Source: a virus. From it: a stretch of 64,000 nt of DNA. Made by a program: the position numbers and the translations under genes. Of the stretch, positions 27,844 through 38,957 are shown in pieces (positions within the stretch are counted from its first letter, which is position 1; each line of letters starts with the position of its first letter). The notes beneath the pieces are model-generated. The model did no database searches, had not been told where the DNA came from, and saw nothing but the letters and a program-made list of their open reading frames with translations. The stretch is from the IMG/VR virus record IMGVR_UViG_3300045988_062794; one strand, 5' to 3'.

Positions 27844-29328
27844 TTAAGCTTCGGCATCCATAATAAGTTCTCCACATCCTCGGGGATCCCTTACCATAAT
27901 ACCCATTTCACCTAAGAAGTGAACTGTGTAACCATCCTTTGCATTAGAACGCAAAGTATTGATAGATTTAGCAGGACCTGCAGGAGAGATAGAACCACCA
28001 GTATACCACTGCATGAATTCACGACCTTTACGTACTACCTTAACAATGTTTGCTTCACCATCACGACGGCTAACATCCAAGAAAGTAAAACGATAAGATT
28101 CCAGCGGTTTACCAGAAATCGGATGCAACAGACGGTTGTCTGTAGTATTATCATACAGCGGGAAGTGTTTCAGTGTCAACTCAATACCATTAGTCATCTT
28201 GTAAGTTACAAACTGACCACCAAGTGTTAATTCCTGACCACTACCACTTACGAACTTAGTATCGATCAAGTTCATTGTAGCTGCTTTCTGTTTCAATACA
28301 CGGTCAAATTCACGAATACCCATTTCACCAGTAAGTGCAACGAATTTACGTTCATTAGTACCAAGTACATTATAAGACAAATCGAACAAGAAGTCTTCCA
28401 GCAATTCAGCTGTCAACTCAGTATAATAACGTCTGTTAGACGGAGCGATCTGTTCCAAAAGACCAGCAGGCAAATAAACCGGACGACCGTTAGTACCTTT
28501 CAGAGAGAAAGTACCATCCTGGTTACGATTAGACTTAGAGTAAACCATCATCTTTTCGCAACGTTTACGCCATTCACGCAATGCTGTCCATTCCTGATAA
28601 TCAGACCACAAATAAGATTTCTTACCTGTTTTAGGATCCTTCAGTGCAATCCACAGAACAGTTGCATAAGCAGTACCAGTAATATCATAGCTCAAACGAG
28701 TTGTGAACAGGTAGTTACGCATCTTGAACTGAGTATTGTAGTTCAGGATATCTGCTTCTTCACTATATTCTTCGTAAGCAGAACCCAGACGTGACAGTTC
28801 ACGACCAGCCAACAGATACTTACCAGGAATATAAGAATTAGACTGACCATCTGCAATAAACATAGTATAGCACCACAGGTTACCGTCCTGGATAGGAGCA
28901 CCAGAAATACGTAACTGATATTCCTTGTCATCAAGTACTACAATAGCACCCGGACCAAACCATTTGTCTTCTACCCAAATCTGGATAGGTGTGTTACCAA
29001 TACCTGCCATAATAGTGTCAGCATTAGCGGCAGTAATTTCTGTACCCTGCCATTTAGCAGAGCGAATTGTTACAGCTCTATCGGTATCGATTTCTACGTA
29101 CCATTCATACGTACTCTGGTCAATGGTCATTACATTACCAAGACCACCCGTAATAGCATCAATAGATGTGCCATAAGCACCATCTTTAGCAGCAAAAACG
29201 TAAGATACGATACGTTCTACTTCATAAGGTCTTGATAACATTGCTTCTGAAATCTTATTTTCGTCAATAAGATCTGAAAACCATCTACTTTTACCGATTT
29301 GCAAATTATTCAGAATTCCGTTATCCAT
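27844..29328 (-). CDS. putative major capsid protein
   Basis: 494-aa ORF downstream of TerL and portal, with GC-richer codon usage suggesting high expression. The call rests on size and position only, with no motif proof. Confidence 0.5.
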   Translation of the reverse strand: MDNGILNNLQIGKSRWFSDLIDENKISEAMLSRPYEVERIVSYVFAAKDGAYGTSIDAITGGLGNVMTIDQSTYEWYVEIDTDRAVTIRSAKWQGTEITAANADTIMAGIGNTPIQIWVEDKWFGPGAIVVLDDKEYQLRISGAPIQDGNLWCYTMFIADGQSNSYIPGKYLLAGRELSRLGSAYEEYSEEADILNYNTQFKMRNYLFTTRLSYDITGTAYATVLWIALKDPKTGKKSYLWSDYQEWTALREWRKRCEKMMVYSKSNRNQDGTFSLKGTNGRPVYLPAGLLEQIAPSNRRYYTELTAELLEDFLFDLSYNVLGTNERKFVALTGEMGIREFDRVLKQKAATMNLIDTKFVSGSGQELTLGGQFVTYKMTNGIELTLKHFPLYDNTTDNRLLHPISGKPLESYRFTFLDVSRRDGEANIVKVVRKGREFMQWYTGGSISPAGPAKSINTLRSNAKDGYTVHFLGEMGIMVRDPRGCGELIMDAEA

Positions 29329-29344
29329 AAATTAATTTATATTT

Positions 29345-30529
29345 TTATATATTATTTAAACTACGTGCTGCGATACTCCAGATAGAGTTTGGTGAACTAG
29401 TGTGAACTTTCTTTGAGTTTTTTGAACTACCCGTGTTTTTTAAGCTTTGTTTAAGTGTTTTTATAGCAGAGCTAGTTCCAATTTTTTTAGCAGTATCTAG
29501 CAAAGTGTCACCCTTCATAGTAAAATAGGCTGACTCAATTAAATTTTTGACGCTCTTAGAATAGTCCTTTTGATATTGAGTAAGACCATCAGCGTCAGCT
29601 TTAAAGATGTAATTTAGTAAAGCTTTCTTATCTTTTTCAGGAATAGCTATACCGCGTATATCTTTTAAAGATTTAATGTTGGTGACAACGTCATCTACAA
29701 ATCTTTGTTGGCGCTCTACTCTCTGTTCATTTTCCTTTTTCTGTTGCGCTAATAGCTGTTCCTTTCTCTCTTCAGCTATATCCTTCATAGCTTCCAATGC
29801 GTCTTCAGCTTCGTCTTCAAGGATACCCGCATCTTCGTACTTTTCGATTTTACGAGCAATTTGTTTCTCGTTAAACCCTTTAGCAGCAAGTAATTCTCTT
29901 ACAATTCTCTTTTGATTTTCTTCGATAGTGGTATCAAAAGTTTCATAATCAATTGCAGGGGCAGCTTTAAAATAATCTTCAAGCTTACCACCATTACGTA
30001 CGAATTCATCTAACTGAGCAATTTCTTCACTAGCATACTCTGGTGTAGAATTCTCCTCAATCATCTCTCTAAAATATTCACAGAGCTCTTCTACTGTAGA
30101 AGGTTTATCTTCTCCTTCTTCTACTTCAAGACCCATTTCTTCTGCTACAGCATCAAAGAATGCAGTTACTTGAATACCTTCGTTATCCAATTCTTCTCCT
30201 TCAGTAGGAGTATCTACTACACTATCTTCTTTCTCTTTAGTATCTACTACTTTATCATCTTTAGCAGGTTCCTCAGTAGGATCTTCTACTACTGGTTCTT
30301 CTATTTCTTTTTCTTCCTTTTCTGGAGTCTTAACAGCATCATTTCCAAATACGTCTTTTACAGAAGGAGCTTTATGCTGTCTCTGCAAACGTGCAATCTC
30401 TTCATCACTAATCTCTCCCTGTTCTTCACGTAGATTTCCTGTTACTAAAGGATTATTATCTATAGTATTAGATGAAAATACATCTGCTACTGCTTCCCAA
30501 CCTAATAGTTGATTACTATTGTTATCCAT
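29345..30529 (-). CDS. acidic coiled-coil protein (scaffold-like)
   Basis: 394 aa with a very acidic E/D/K-rich centre, located just upstream of the capsid-size gene. Confidence 0.4.
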   Translation of the reverse strand: MDNNSNQLLGWEAVADVFSSNTIDNNPLVTGNLREEQGEISDEEIARLQRQHKAPSVKDVFGNDAVKTPEKEEKEIEEPVVEDPTEEPAKDDKVVDTKEKEDSVVDTPTEGEELDNEGIQVTAFFDAVAEEMGLEVEEGEDKPSTVEELCEYFREMIEENSTPEYASEEIAQLDEFVRNGGKLEDYFKAAPAIDYETFDTTIEENQKRIVRELLAAKGFNEKQIARKIEKYEDAGILEDEAEDALEAMKDIAEERKEQLLAQQKKENEQRVERQQRFVDDVVTNIKSLKDIRGIAIPEKDKKALLNYIFKADADGLTQYQKDYSKSVKNLIESAYFTMKGDTLLDTAKKIGTSSAIKTLKQSLKNTGSSKNSKKVHTSSPNSIWSIAARSLNNI

Positions 30530-30537
30530 AATTATTA

Positions 30538-31896
30538 TTAATTAGATTTATTATTTTGTTTTTCTCTTAAAAATTCTGCTCCACCTAGACCTATTGTAGG
30601 AAGTAACCATTCCATTGGTACTAGTCTATTAAGTCTATCTATATATCTCTGTTTGTCAATATACAAATCGTATTGATTTCTAACAGCACCGTTAGCTTTA
30701 CCACTTCTAAAGTAATCTAGAATCATATTCTCATCTACAGGGTCACTCCATTTACTAATTTTATTAGAATCTTTCAAAGCTCTCTTGAGAGTCAACATAT
30801 GACTTTTAGATTCTGTAGGATTAAGCAAATATCTCTTATTCCTGGCTGCTGAATGAAATCCAGCATCTCTTAATTCCTTAGTAGTATAAGTATTACCTGG
30901 ATCTGCTAAATATCTAAGATAAGGGTTTGTAATATAATCTACACCAGGTTCTGCTTCATACTTTATTGAACCAGCTATACCATCTGCTATATGTCCTAAT
31001 TCATGATTTGCAGTACCAGGTATATAAGTAGATGGGTCAAGTACTATACTATAATCATCAACATTACTAGATGTAAATCCATCTTGAATGTTTTTCATGT
31101 TAGCCTTGCCATATATATTATCACCCATCGAGCCATAAGATACATAATCTTTCCTACCAGTTATTTCTTTATAAGCAATATCGGAATAAGCCTTTTCGTA
31201 ATTAGTATTATAAGCCTTATCAATCTCTCGTACTAACTTACGAGTATCCTCATCAGGGTATAGTGCTTGATCAACGCTTCTTAATATCTCATTACTATAC
31301 TGATTCTTATTAACTGCTTCACGATACCAAGTATCCTGTAACATGGCTGCTTGTGCTTCTATATCTTTTGGAGGTTTAGCTGGATTGTAGTTTCTCTCTC
31401 CAGAAGGAGTACGTTTAGCTTTAATAGGTTTAGTAATAGTGGGTGTGAATGGTTCTGCATATGAAGAAGTAGCATATTCATCAGTACCCTCAATTAATCT
31501 TCCTACTTTGGATTTAAACTTTTTTAATGTTTTACCAACACCCCAAGGAATGATATTAAGAGCAGCATCCACAGCAGCACCTGTATAGTCTCCATTACTT
31601 AGGTCTTCAACAAAGTTAATTGCGTCCTTTACATAACCCGCAGGAGTTATATAAGCTTCAGGTTGAACTGTAGAAGCTTTACCTGATATCTGTTGTTGCC
31701 TCTTATAATACTCTGGAGTACCTGGAGTAAGACCTAACTCTTTTGGTGGCATTATCTTCTTACCACCATCTTCGTACGCAGGAATTGAATCAAATTGTGA
31801 TTTAATGTCAAGATAGGTAGTATCAGGATTTTGAGCTTTAATACTGTCGTATATTTGTTTCTTCTCTTTAAAAGATAAATCTGACCATTTCATCAT
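30538..31896 (-). CDS. head-module protein with HExxH zinc-metallopeptidase motif
   Basis: 452 aa containing PGTANHELGHIADG. Confidence 0.45.
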   Translation of the reverse strand: MMKWSDLSFKEKKQIYDSIKAQNPDTTYLDIKSQFDSIPAYEDGGKKIMPPKELGLTPGTPEYYKRQQQISGKASTVQPEAYITPAGYVKDAINFVEDLSNGDYTGAAVDAALNIIPWGVGKTLKKFKSKVGRLIEGTDEYATSSYAEPFTPTITKPIKAKRTPSGERNYNPAKPPKDIEAQAAMLQDTWYREAVNKNQYSNEILRSVDQALYPDEDTRKLVREIDKAYNTNYEKAYSDIAYKEITGRKDYVSYGSMGDNIYGKANMKNIQDGFTSSNVDDYSIVLDPSTYIPGTANHELGHIADGIAGSIKYEAEPGVDYITNPYLRYLADPGNTYTTKELRDAGFHSAARNKRYLLNPTESKSHMLTLKRALKDSNKISKWSDPVDENMILDYFRSGKANGAVRNQYDLYIDKQRYIDRLNRLVPMEWLLPTIGLGGAEFLREKQNNKSN

Positions 31897-32294
31897 TTAA
31901 TTCCCATTAGTCTGTTAGCCCATCTTTCTGTATAGAAATGATAATAATCTTCACATTCATGAAATGCACAGTGCAGTAAAGAAGGTAAGCCAACTACTAT
32001 CAGATATAAGGGACCTAATCGTTTTGATTGTTTTGTGTGTCCCAATTCATGATACAAATGCTTAGGATTATTAACGATAATATACTTACCAAGGGTAATA
32101 CCACCAGCCATTTGAGGACTGAGCTTACACTTAATACCATTCCCACAAACTTCTTTAGTACATATTTCATGACCTTTATATATTTTATATAAGGCTAGCC
32201 CCAGTAGATTCTGGGGCAATTGCCAAATATATAGTAAAACTTCTTTCATATTACTTACCTGTTTTACCAGTTTTACCACCTTTCTTGCTTCCAC
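31893..32294 (-). CDS. small HExxH-motif protein
   Basis: 133 aa containing LYHELGHTKQS, followed by hydrophobic and Cys/His-rich segments. Confidence 0.45.
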   Translation of the reverse strand: MEARKVVKLVKQVSNMKEVLLYIWQLPQNLLGLALYKIYKGHEICTKEVCGNGIKCKLSPQMAGGITLGKYIIVNNPKHLYHELGHTKQSKRLGPLYLIVVGLPSLLHCAFHECEDYYHFYTERWANRLMGIK

Positions 32295-32322
32295 CTTTCT
32301 TACATGCCATAATTAGTTCCTC

Positions 32323-34902
32323 CTATTTTTTAGTTTTAGATTTACTTTTTTCTCCTACCACTTTATTCTTTAAAGCCGTTTTGGCTTTCAGTTTTTCTCT
32401 TTCCATTGCAGCTTTATCTTTAAGAATCTGCAACTTCTTAGCTTCCTCAAGTTTCTGCTTTTCTAATGCTATCTTTTCTCTTTCAATAGTAGCTTTAAGC
32501 TTTTCAGCTTTATCTGACTGTTCAATCTTCTTAGCTTCTATCTGTTTCTTATTCTCAGCTTCACGAGCTTTATTAGCTTGTTCAATCTGTTTAGACATAA
32601 TATCAGAGTAAAGACGTTGCTGTTCAATTGCTTGATTACCAATCTCAATAGGATCTGGTATACCATTGCCATCTTGATCCATACTTTCAGAACCACGATA
32701 AGCATTCAATTGAGCAACAGTAATCTTAGTAGCATTGTCCTGATCAATCTTGTATTTCTCAAGGTCAAGTTCTGCTTCTTTAAGCATAAGTTCTTGTTCC
32801 TTAACTTGATTCTGCATTTGGACAAGTTGCTGCTGTTGCATTGCTTCTTGTTCTTGCATAGCTTGCTGCTGAGATATTCTTTGATTTTCAAGTTCTTGTA
32901 ACTTATTCTTTAACATTGATAGATTATCCATCATATACATTTCAGCAGCATCTACAAGACTTGCACCATTCTGCATAGCTGGTTGTATCAATGCTCTTAA
33001 CTGCTCAATTGCTTGAGATTCTTTAGTAGAATCCGTTACAAAAATATCAAAGTCTTCATATGGGAAATTATCTGATACTGAGACAAATGCTCTAGTAGTG
33101 TCATCAAATATATAATTGAGATACTGTTTATCACTATCTTTCCATGCAGCTTTTGCAGCATTTAATAACATTAATAAAGCTTGTTTCTTTACTTGGTTAT
33201 GCATCCAGAATAAAGGTTCAGTAATATGAGCAGATTGTATTACAGATCTTTCTACATTACCTACTAATTCTGTACTAGAGATAGCACCTTGTCTTTGAGG
33301 AGTTACCCCAGACAACTCTGAAGCCATAGCTTCAATCTTATCAAGTAACTGTATATACTGAGCTATGACATTACCCATAGTAAGATCCCAAGTAGAGAAT
33401 CCATTCCAACTTGATGGTCTACCACCTTCTCTACCAGGTATATCCCAACCTTCATCATATGGGTTAATAAATGCAACACCTAGTGCACTTAAGTAATGTA
33501 ACCATTTTGAAGTATCTATACCTAATCCTTTAGGTATCTGTGTAACATCTACTACAGGTACTTTACCTTTATCTCTAGCCATAGCTAGTTCTAATCGATA
33601 GAATGTAGTAATATATAAATACTGTAATGGTTTCATTATACTAACTAATGATTTTGGTACACTGTTAGTATTACTATAGACTACCCCAGTATATGGTAAT
33701 CTCTGCGAATTAAGATTGTTACTAGTAATATACTGATATTCTATAGGTTGAATACCAAAGTAAATGTCATCATCTGCTCTATATCCTTCCCATACTTCTA
33801 CAATCCAATCCCATTCTACTGTTTCGGTTTCGAGTGGTTTATAATATTCGTCTACTACAATTTCTTCAGGTAAACCTGTTTCAGGGTTGATAGTTGTTAA
33901 GAAACCTATTTTCTTAAAAGATTTCCAACATACATGATAAACTACCACATCTTCAGCATCACCATAAGGATTATGATCAGGTAACTTACTATAAATCTTA
34001 GTATCTATATGGTTCCAATCGTCAACCATATTCTTATCACCTAACCAGTTCTTACCACTCTTACCATACTGATCGAATTTCTCTAGTAACTTATTGAGTT
34101 GTTTTTCATCCATTTTATCATAAAACTCATCATATACCTGAGTATATGACATAATCATTTTATTACAACACATAGGTGCTTCATGAATGAATTCTATGCC
34201 ATCACAATCATCATACCAGAAACCTTTTGGGTTAACCCTATTTAAACAAGGTTCTCCATTCCTAATGCCTACGTAAAGAACTTCTTCCCCAGCAATAAGT
34301 GCATCTTTCCATGTCTTTACAAACTCATGGTCTATATTCAAAGAGTTCTTCAAATAGTTTAAACTGTGATAAGCAGTTAATTCGGCAACATCCTTATAAT
34401 CCTTAGTAAGGTATTCCTGTATTTGTTCTGGAGTCTGTATTTCCCCAGATTGTAAGGCTTCTTCATATCTTGCTTGTCCTTCAGGGCTCATCTTAGCCAT
34501 GATTGCTGCTTGTACATAATCTAAAAGCATTTGCTTAGCTTTTTCTTGCATTTCACTTGCAGCAGCATCGCTAGTACGGCATACCTTAAAATTGAAAGGT
34601 CGTTTAGTTTCTTCACCAATAAGTAAATCAATCTTAGGTCTGATAATGTTATAATCCTGTGCCATTGCTGGGAAACCATCATCTTGGTTAAAAGGGTTAG
34701 TAACATACTTCAAATCCTTTTCACTATAGACACTATTATATAGATCATAATAAGTCTGCATTTCTTCTTCTGAAGGTACTGTATCAGAATTAGTTATTTG
34801 TGATTGACCTATAATGTAATCCACACAACATTCCCGCCATTCGTCAGTCTTCTTGTTATAAGGTATTTTCTGTATAGGAAAGCTATTTACTGTGCGTTCC
34901 AT
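32323..34902 (-). CDS. portal protein (putative)
   Basis: 859-aa ORF immediately downstream of TerL with a long K/E-rich C-terminal tail. The call rests on size and synteny. Confidence 0.65.
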   Translation of the reverse strand: MERTVNSFPIQKIPYNKKTDEWRECCVDYIIGQSQITNSDTVPSEEEMQTYYDLYNSVYSEKDLKYVTNPFNQDDGFPAMAQDYNIIRPKIDLLIGEETKRPFNFKVCRTSDAAASEMQEKAKQMLLDYVQAAIMAKMSPEGQARYEEALQSGEIQTPEQIQEYLTKDYKDVAELTAYHSLNYLKNSLNIDHEFVKTWKDALIAGEEVLYVGIRNGEPCLNRVNPKGFWYDDCDGIEFIHEAPMCCNKMIMSYTQVYDEFYDKMDEKQLNKLLEKFDQYGKSGKNWLGDKNMVDDWNHIDTKIYSKLPDHNPYGDAEDVVVYHVCWKSFKKIGFLTTINPETGLPEEIVVDEYYKPLETETVEWDWIVEVWEGYRADDDIYFGIQPIEYQYITSNNLNSQRLPYTGVVYSNTNSVPKSLVSIMKPLQYLYITTFYRLELAMARDKGKVPVVDVTQIPKGLGIDTSKWLHYLSALGVAFINPYDEGWDIPGREGGRPSSWNGFSTWDLTMGNVIAQYIQLLDKIEAMASELSGVTPQRQGAISSTELVGNVERSVIQSAHITEPLFWMHNQVKKQALLMLLNAAKAAWKDSDKQYLNYIFDDTTRAFVSVSDNFPYEDFDIFVTDSTKESQAIEQLRALIQPAMQNGASLVDAAEMYMMDNLSMLKNKLQELENQRISQQQAMQEQEAMQQQQLVQMQNQVKEQELMLKEAELDLEKYKIDQDNATKITVAQLNAYRGSESMDQDGNGIPDPIEIGNQAIEQQRLYSDIMSKQIEQANKAREAENKKQIEAKKIEQSDKAEKLKATIEREKIALEKQKLEEAKKLQILKDKAAMEREKLKAKTALKNKVVGEKSKSKTKK

Positions 34903-34904
34903 AT

Positions 34905-36965
34905 TTAAAATGAAAATGTTAATATATTTGAATCAAATAATTTATTTGTAGAATCAGAAGTGTCTTGTTCAAACCATTTATCTGTAAATATAGGTAAATC
35001 AAACAATCTTTGGTTCCTCTCTACTTCTTGTTTTTGCTTTACTTGAGACGTATACAATTGTTCCCTGTATATCATTAACTGAATCATTGCCATTACCCTA
35101 TCGAAGTTACCTTTATCATTATACATTATTAATTCCTGTAGTAATGGTTCTGATAGTATAGACTCAAGTCTCATATGACCAGGTTCTGTTTCTTCCTCTA
35201 GCCATTCCTTAATCTTACCCTCACCCCAAAGTTTTATCTCTTTATTCATATGACAACCTTTACGTCTATTTACTTTGGAGTCTCTTACGATATCTTTGAT
35301 AATATCTGGTTGATCAGCTAGTAAGTAATCACAGTGCTTATTATTAAAGTAAGCGAATATACCAGTGTTTTGGTTTTCTACCATAGCCCTAGCATTATAA
35401 TACATTAATAGTTTACGTACATTATCATAGAATTCTTCTGCTGTTTTTGGTCTACCAGTATATTCTGCTACTAATATGTCACTATAAGATTCAAAGTTCT
35501 GTATACGCTTGTATATAAATATAGAACCTAATGAGTTAGTACCGGATTGATCTTGATCATATGGGTCTAAACCTGCTATATATAAGCCTATGGGAGGATC
35601 AGGGCAAGGGTGTTCCCATATTACTATAGAACCTGTAGGATCTGCCATCTTTGGTAGAGGATATTCTGTAATATCGCCTGTCTTTTTGATTACCCATTTA
35701 GGCACACCCTGTTCCCATACTAAATCACCAACTTGCTTGTGATTTTGTAATTTACGATTAGTTCTTATCCTAGCTAATTGTTTTTGTAATTCTCGTTTAG
35801 GGAATATATTACCAGATAGTTCAGTAAAGGCTTCAGCGGGTGTTTCTGCATGTTCTGCAGTATACCTGTCTACTTGTTGAGAGTCTTTAGCACTCTTTAA
35901 TTCTTTAGCTCTTAGGTTAAGTATATATGCCCTAGCTTTATCGTGAAGAGTATTACCATCGTCATCCATATATATACGATTACCATTTGAATCACGTATA
36001 TCTAGGTTAGTATGTTGAGGTACAAAGAAACCACATTTCTTACCACCAACTGCACCTTCATCCCATATATTATCAAAACCAATACAGTTAAATGCTTCAG
36101 GGTCGTAAAAGGCTTCCCTTAAACCTGCTACATTATCACCCTCGTCACCACCTGTACCAAACAAAAGCATTAGACCAAAGGCAACGCCATCTTGTTCTAC
36201 TGATGGTCTAGCAATTTCCCATGCAGCTTTTAATTCTTTGAATGAACCACCTTCTTCCCACACAATTAGTTTAGCAGCCTTACCACGAACAGCATTTGGG
36301 TTATCTTTAACAGATACACCCATTATTTCAGATTTATAACCCATTTCTACTTTGTTACCAAATTCATCAGTAACAAGCATAGATGCTCTTTTACGCATAG
36401 CTGTATTAGCTACTTGCCTTTTCTTACCCCATGCGGTATTAGCATCAATAAAATCCATATAATCCCAAGCTTTGGTTAAGTTACCATCTTCAGTAAGATA
36501 TTGCTTGTTTGATGCATATACATAAGACTTTGAATTAGGGATAAGAAAGAAGTTACGACACAACATGGAAGCAGTTTTATATGAATAACCCTTACGTCTT
36601 GCTTTTGTGAGTACCATATGTTTACCTTGATTCTCTGCTTCCTCTACAGCTTGAAAGAAGTAATAATCGTAATCATAGAAATCAGGGAATGCAGCCTGTC
36701 TAACCTTCTTAGTTTCACCATTAGTTGTGATATAAACAAGTCTTTGAATAGGACAATAGTTTAAATAGAAATAGTTATACCCAGTAATGTAATCACCATC
36801 TTCTGCAGTATAACCATTAACACATCTATCTACTTCTTGGTCCCAGAAATTGTAATATTCAGTAGTACCTTTCGGGTAAGCACAATAAGACCCCGACGCT
36901 AAATAAGTCAACGCCGGGGTTCTAAACTTGTCACTATTCTTGATTTTCTTACTGAAATCAATCAT
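34905..36965 (-). CDS. terL: terminase large subunit
   Basis: 686 aa. It has a Walker-A-like TKARRKGYSYK, a Walker-B-like KLIVWEEGG, and RNase-H-like nuclease acidic residues (IAGLDPYDQD, MVENQN). Confidence 0.75.
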   Translation of the reverse strand: MIDFSKKIKNSDKFRTPALTYLASGSYCAYPKGTTEYYNFWDQEVDRCVNGYTAEDGDYITGYNYFYLNYCPIQRLVYITTNGETKKVRQAAFPDFYDYDYYFFQAVEEAENQGKHMVLTKARRKGYSYKTASMLCRNFFLIPNSKSYVYASNKQYLTEDGNLTKAWDYMDFIDANTAWGKKRQVANTAMRKRASMLVTDEFGNKVEMGYKSEIMGVSVKDNPNAVRGKAAKLIVWEEGGSFKELKAAWEIARPSVEQDGVAFGLMLLFGTGGDEGDNVAGLREAFYDPEAFNCIGFDNIWDEGAVGGKKCGFFVPQHTNLDIRDSNGNRIYMDDDGNTLHDKARAYILNLRAKELKSAKDSQQVDRYTAEHAETPAEAFTELSGNIFPKRELQKQLARIRTNRKLQNHKQVGDLVWEQGVPKWVIKKTGDITEYPLPKMADPTGSIVIWEHPCPDPPIGLYIAGLDPYDQDQSGTNSLGSIFIYKRIQNFESYSDILVAEYTGRPKTAEEFYDNVRKLLMYYNARAMVENQNTGIFAYFNNKHCDYLLADQPDIIKDIVRDSKVNRRKGCHMNKEIKLWGEGKIKEWLEEETEPGHMRLESILSEPLLQELIMYNDKGNFDRVMAMIQLMIYREQLYTSQVKQKQEVERNQRLFDLPIFTDKWFEQDTSDSTNKLFDSNILTFSF

Positions 36966-36969
36966 ATTA

Positions 36970-37215
36970 TTAATGATTAAACAATTTCTTTATATTTCTC
37001 CAAACTCTCTTATAGAGAGGCATTGTAGCTTGTTTCAATTTTTCTACTGCTGCCTTCTCTGCAGCTTCCTGCTCCATTAGAGTAACCTCTATATCTTTAA
37101 GGGCTTTATAGTCATATGCGGGTCCCATATTAACAATCGTATCATACTGATTGTATTTAACTTTAACTGATTTTGCCTTACTAGTAGTTTTAGTAGCTTT
37201 CTTTTCCTTAGTCAT
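36970..37215 (-). CDS. hypothetical small basic protein
   Basis: 81-aa ORF upstream of terL. Confidence 0.45.
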   Translation of the reverse strand: MTKEKKATKTTSKAKSVKVKYNQYDTIVNMGPAYDYKALKDIEVTLMEQEAAEKAAVEKLKQATMPLYKRVWRNIKKLFNH

Positions 37216-37275
37216 AGTTATTATATTTTGTGCGTTTAACGCGTAGTTAGTTTATTTTGTTTCAAAATGTATTAC

Positions 37276-37836
37276 TTACCGTACAGCTTGTCTATTTGAT
37301 AGTTCATATGGGTTAACTTCTGCACCACCACGAATCCTATTATTAGCTAATTCTTCTGATCTTACTGCGGACTCTAATGCATCTAGAGATTTAATAGTAT
37401 TACCAAGTTTTTCCATACCTGCTAGGATTAATTGAACTTTCTTATCATCAAGTTCATCTTGTAGTGACTCTGCATAATATCTAGATACACTATCTAATTT
37501 TAACCTAGCATTCTTAAGTAAGCCTAAGATAAGAGTTTCATTGAAATTAATGTAAGCTTGTTCTGCTTCTATTACCTCTACTGGTAATTTATAGTTAGCA
37601 TCATCAAAGAGCTCTTTCTTAAGTCTTGGTTCTATGTCTTCAGGAGACATACTTTTTACATAAGGACTATCATATTTATTCTTTAGTACAATATAAGTAA
37701 TGTATTTAGTAGCCATTTCTTTATCTGCCTTATCGGCATCCCATACCTTTTTAAAGGCTGGGATACCTAGGGCATCATTGTGTATAACTACTTTTCCTGC
37801 AAGAATATCAAATAGTTTCATTAGTTCGGACAACAA
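37276..37836 (-). CDS. hypothetical protein (position compatible with a small terminase subunit, unproven)
   Basis: 186-aa helical-looking ORF just upstream of terL. Confidence 0.4.
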   Translation of the reverse strand: MLSELMKLFDILAGKVVIHNDALGIPAFKKVWDADKADKEMATKYITYIVLKNKYDSPYVKSMSPEDIEPRLKKELFDDANYKLPVEVIEAEQAYINFNETLILGLLKNARLKLDSVSRYYAESLQDELDDKKVQLILAGMEKLGNTIKSLDALESAVRSEELANNRIRGGAEVNPYELSNRQAVR

Positions 37837-38171
37837 TCACAACAAATTTTTTCACAATTACCGCAATCACGTACTTTCTGATAATTGTGTCTCATTTCTT
37901 TTAATTCAATTAATCTGTTGATAGCGGAAGCACAAGGTACAATTACAATCTCAGGAGCTTTATCTTTTTCTGTAGTATAAGCTTTGAACAACAAACTAGG
38001 TTCAGTAATTTCGTATTTCTTACCTTCATAAAACAATTCCCCAGCTTCAGGTAAAATATAGTAATAATCAATTATATCATATTTTTCAACATTATCTTGA
38101 ATATTTTCAAGAGAACCATCTTTACTACTTAACAAATTGTTATATCTTAAATTGTAAATCATATTAATCAA
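37821..38171 (-). CDS. small protein with Cys-cluster C-terminus
   Basis: 116 aa ending RDCGNCEKICCDCCPN. Confidence 0.5.
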   Translation of the reverse strand: MINMIYNLRYNNLLSSKDGSLENIQDNVEKYDIIDYYYILPEAGELFYEGKKYEITEPSLLFKAYTTEKDKAPEIVIVPCASAINRLIELKEMRHNYQKVRDCGNCEKICCDCCPN

Positions 38172-38266
38172 ATTTTATATACCTTAATTTATAGTGTCTA
38201 TTTAAAGCATCAACAGCTTCTTGTTTAGTGTAAAACATATTTACATACTCTGGATTACGACTGTAG

Positions 38267-38767
38267 TTATTTATTATCTCCTTCAGTTGTTCCGCTATCT
38301 CGTCCTGATTCTTGTGTCTCATTTTCTATTGTATTATCTGATGAACCAAAACCGTTTTCACCTCTGTCACCTTCAACTAATTCTTCAGCTAGAGTAGGTT
38401 CAATAGTAGGATAAGGCATAATAATTAACTGTGCAATCTTTTCACCTGGTTGATAGATAGTAGGCAATGCATCAGTAGTAAGTTTAAACTTACACATGAT
38501 TTCACCTCTGTAACCAGCATCTACTACACCTACACAATTGCACAATGATAAGGATCTCTGAGATACAGATGATCTCATAAAGATGAGACCTACATATCCT
38601 TCAGGAATCTCTACTGCTAAATCAGTATGATATACTAGTACCATTTTACCACTCTTATCAAATTCCTGAGTAAACCTAGTAGCGGTTAAATCTAATCCAG
38701 CATCATTAGGATTAGCATAAGTAGGTAATACTGCATCTTGTGCTAATTTCTTAAACTTTACTTCCAT
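38267..38767 (-). CDS. dut: dUTP diphosphatase (trimeric dUTPase)
   Basis: Canonical motifs are present: NDAGLDL, GVVDAGYRGEI and RGENGFGSS. Confidence 0.9.
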   Translation of the reverse strand: MEVKFKKLAQDAVLPTYANPNDAGLDLTATRFTQEFDKSGKMVLVYHTDLAVEIPEGYVGLIFMRSSVSQRSLSLCNCVGVVDAGYRGEIMCKFKLTTDALPTIYQPGEKIAQLIIMPYPTIEPTLAEELVEGDRGENGFGSSDNTIENETQESGRDSGTTEGDNK

Positions 38768-38768
38768 G

Positions 38769-38957
38769 TTATTTTCTTACTATATTATTTCCTAATATTA
38801 TTTCCGTCATCTGTGCTGCTAGATTTGCAGCATAATCTTCAGCAAATTGACTACGATTCGTGTCCTGTAGTATCTGTTTCAGATACAGTAGAATCACTTG
38901 TTGATTCAATAGTATCTGATCCAGTTTCTCTTCTATGTTTGTTTCTTTCATATTCAA
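38769..38957 (-). CDS. hypothetical small protein
   Basis: 62-aa ORF that overlaps the 3' end of 38851..39627 by 107 nt, so it is uncertain. Confidence 0.3.
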   Translation of the reverse strand: MNMKETNIEEKLDQILLNQQVILLYLKQILQDTNRSQFAEDYAANLAAQMTEIILGNNIVRK

